A stretch of 64,000 nt of DNA. It comes from Laetmonice hystrix (taxonomy: Eukaryota). A program made the position numbers and the translations under genes. Location of the stretch: assembly GCA_965235115.1 (NCBI GenBank), contig OZ249441.1, forward strand, positions 27,714,001 through 27,778,000, written 5' to 3'. Below the pieces are notes generated by a model. That model had not been told where the DNA came from. It did no database searches and saw nothing but the letters and a program-made list of their open reading frames with translations. Below, one piece after another: positions 62,289 to 64,000 of this stretch. Position 1 is the stretch's first letter. The number at the start of each line of letters is the position of its first letter.

Positions 62289-64000
62289 CCTCCACATACA
62301 CACCCACACCCGGCCAACTGACGGCCAGTATGGGGGGTTCAGTGGTGTGGTCTCCACACACACCCACACTCGGCCAACTGACGGCCAGAATGTGGGATTC
62401 AGTGGCGTGGTCTCCACACACACCCACACCCGACCAACTGACGGCCAGAATGAGGGATTCAGTCTCCACACACACCCACACCCGGCCAACTGACGGCCAG
62501 AATGGGGGATTCAGTCTCCACACACACCCACACCCGACCAACTGACGGCCAGAATGAGGGATTCAGTGGTGTGGTCTCCACACACACCCACACCCGGCCA
62601 ACTGACGGCCAGAATGAGGGATTCAGTCTCCACACACACCCACACCCGGCCAACTGACGGCCAGAATGGGGGATTCAGTCTCCACACACACCCACACCCG
62701 ACCAACTGACGGCCAGAATGAGGGATTCAGTCTCCACACACACCCACACCCGGCCAACTGACGGCCAGAATGGGGGATTCAGTCTCCACACACACCCACA
62801 CCCGACCAACTGACGGCCAGAATGAGGGATTCAGTCTCCACACACACCCACACCCGACCAACTGACGGCCAGAATGAGGGATTCAGTCTCCACACACACC
62901 CACACCCGACCAACTGACGGCCAGAATGAGGGATTCAGTCTCCACACACACCCACACCCGGCCACCTGACGGCCAGAATGAGGGATTCAGTGGTCTCCAC
63001 ACACACCCACACCCGGCCACCTGACGGCCAGAATGGGGGATTCAGTGGCGTGGTCTCCACACACACCCACACCCGGCCAACTGACGGCCAGAATGAGGGA
63101 TTCAGTCTCCACACACACCCACACCCGACCAACTGACGGCCAGAATGAGGGATTCAGTCTCCACACACACCCACACCCGGCCAACTGACGGCCAGAATGA
63201 GGGATTCAGTCTCCACACACACCCACACCCGACCAACTGACGGCCAGAATGAGGGATTCAGTCTCCACACACACCCACACCCGGCCAACTGACGGCCAGA
63301 ATGAGGGATTCAGTCTCCACACACACCCACACCCGACCAACTGACGGCCAGAATGAGGGATTCAGTCTCCACACACACCCACACCCGGCCAACTGACGGC
63401 CAGAATGGGGGATTCAGTCTCCACACACACCCACACCCGGCCAACTGACGGCCAGAATGGGGGATTCAGTCTCCACACACACCCACACCCGGCCAACTGA
63501 CGGCCAGAATGGGGGATTCAGTGGCGTGGTCTTCACACACACCCACACCCGGCCAACTGACGGCCAGAATGGGGGATTCAGTCTCCACACACACCCACAC
63601 CCGGCCAACTGACGGCCAGAATGGGGGATTCAGTCTCCACACACACCCACACCCGGCCACCTGACGGCCAGAATGAGGGATTCAGTGGTCTCCACACACA
63701 CCCACACCCGACCAACTGACGGCCAGATGGGGGGTTCAGTGGCGTGGTCTCCACACACACCCACACCCGGCCAACTGACGGCCAGATGGGGGGTTCAGTG
63801 GCGTGGTCTCCACACACACCCACACCCGGCCAACTGACGGCCAGAATGAGGGATTCAGTGGCGTGGTCTCCACACACACCCACACCCGGCCAACTGACGG
63901 CCAGAATGTGGGATTCAGTGGCGCGGTCTCCACACACACCCACACCCGGCCAACTGACGGCCAGAATGAGGGATTCAGTCTCCACACACACCCACACCCA
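62289..64000. repeat. Minisatellite J, 52-bp unit with 55/60-bp variants, runs past the window end
   Basis: gtctccacacacacccacacccggccaactgacggccagaatgagggattca, with optional gtg or gtggcgtg inserts. Confidence 0.97.

Noticed and set aside
62107-63997. Many 60-140 aa ORFs in array J, and likewise in arrays A, D, E, F and I
   Set aside because: Products of repeat periodicity, with frequent non-3n unit lengths and no coding evidence.
6850-64000. Tandem arrays as CRISPR-like repeat-spacer arrays
   Set aside because: Units are contiguous near-identical copies with no unique spacers, there are no cas-like ORFs, and the context is eukaryotic.

Overview
Eukaryotic, largely non-coding genomic DNA. 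The SINE tail style, dense minisatellites and poly-C/G runs suggest a marine lophotrochozoan-type invertebrate (inference only). No complete host gene, rRNA, tRNA or CRISPR array can be supported. The window holds about ten unrelated minisatellite arrays (units of about 18-83 bp, roughly 15% of the window), two copies of a tRNA-derived SINE, two palindromic MITEs and several decayed LINE fragments. The most unusual structure is at 41.65-44.70 kb. A minus-strand Rex1/Babar-like LINE endonuclease relic has spawned an 83-bp minisatellite. That array is interrupted, exactly in register and with a duplicated AGGACT, by a 1648-bp cassette carrying an oppositely oriented LINE RT relic plus the 5' part of a Ty3/Gypsy element (tRNA-Ala PBS and truncated gag). 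Also notable: a 2.6-kb two-unit (69/51-bp) minisatellite that is a long Cys-rich reading frame on the minus strand, candidate micro-exons, hairpins and clusters of regulatory motifs. All protein-family assignments were made by eye from motifs and need database confirmation.
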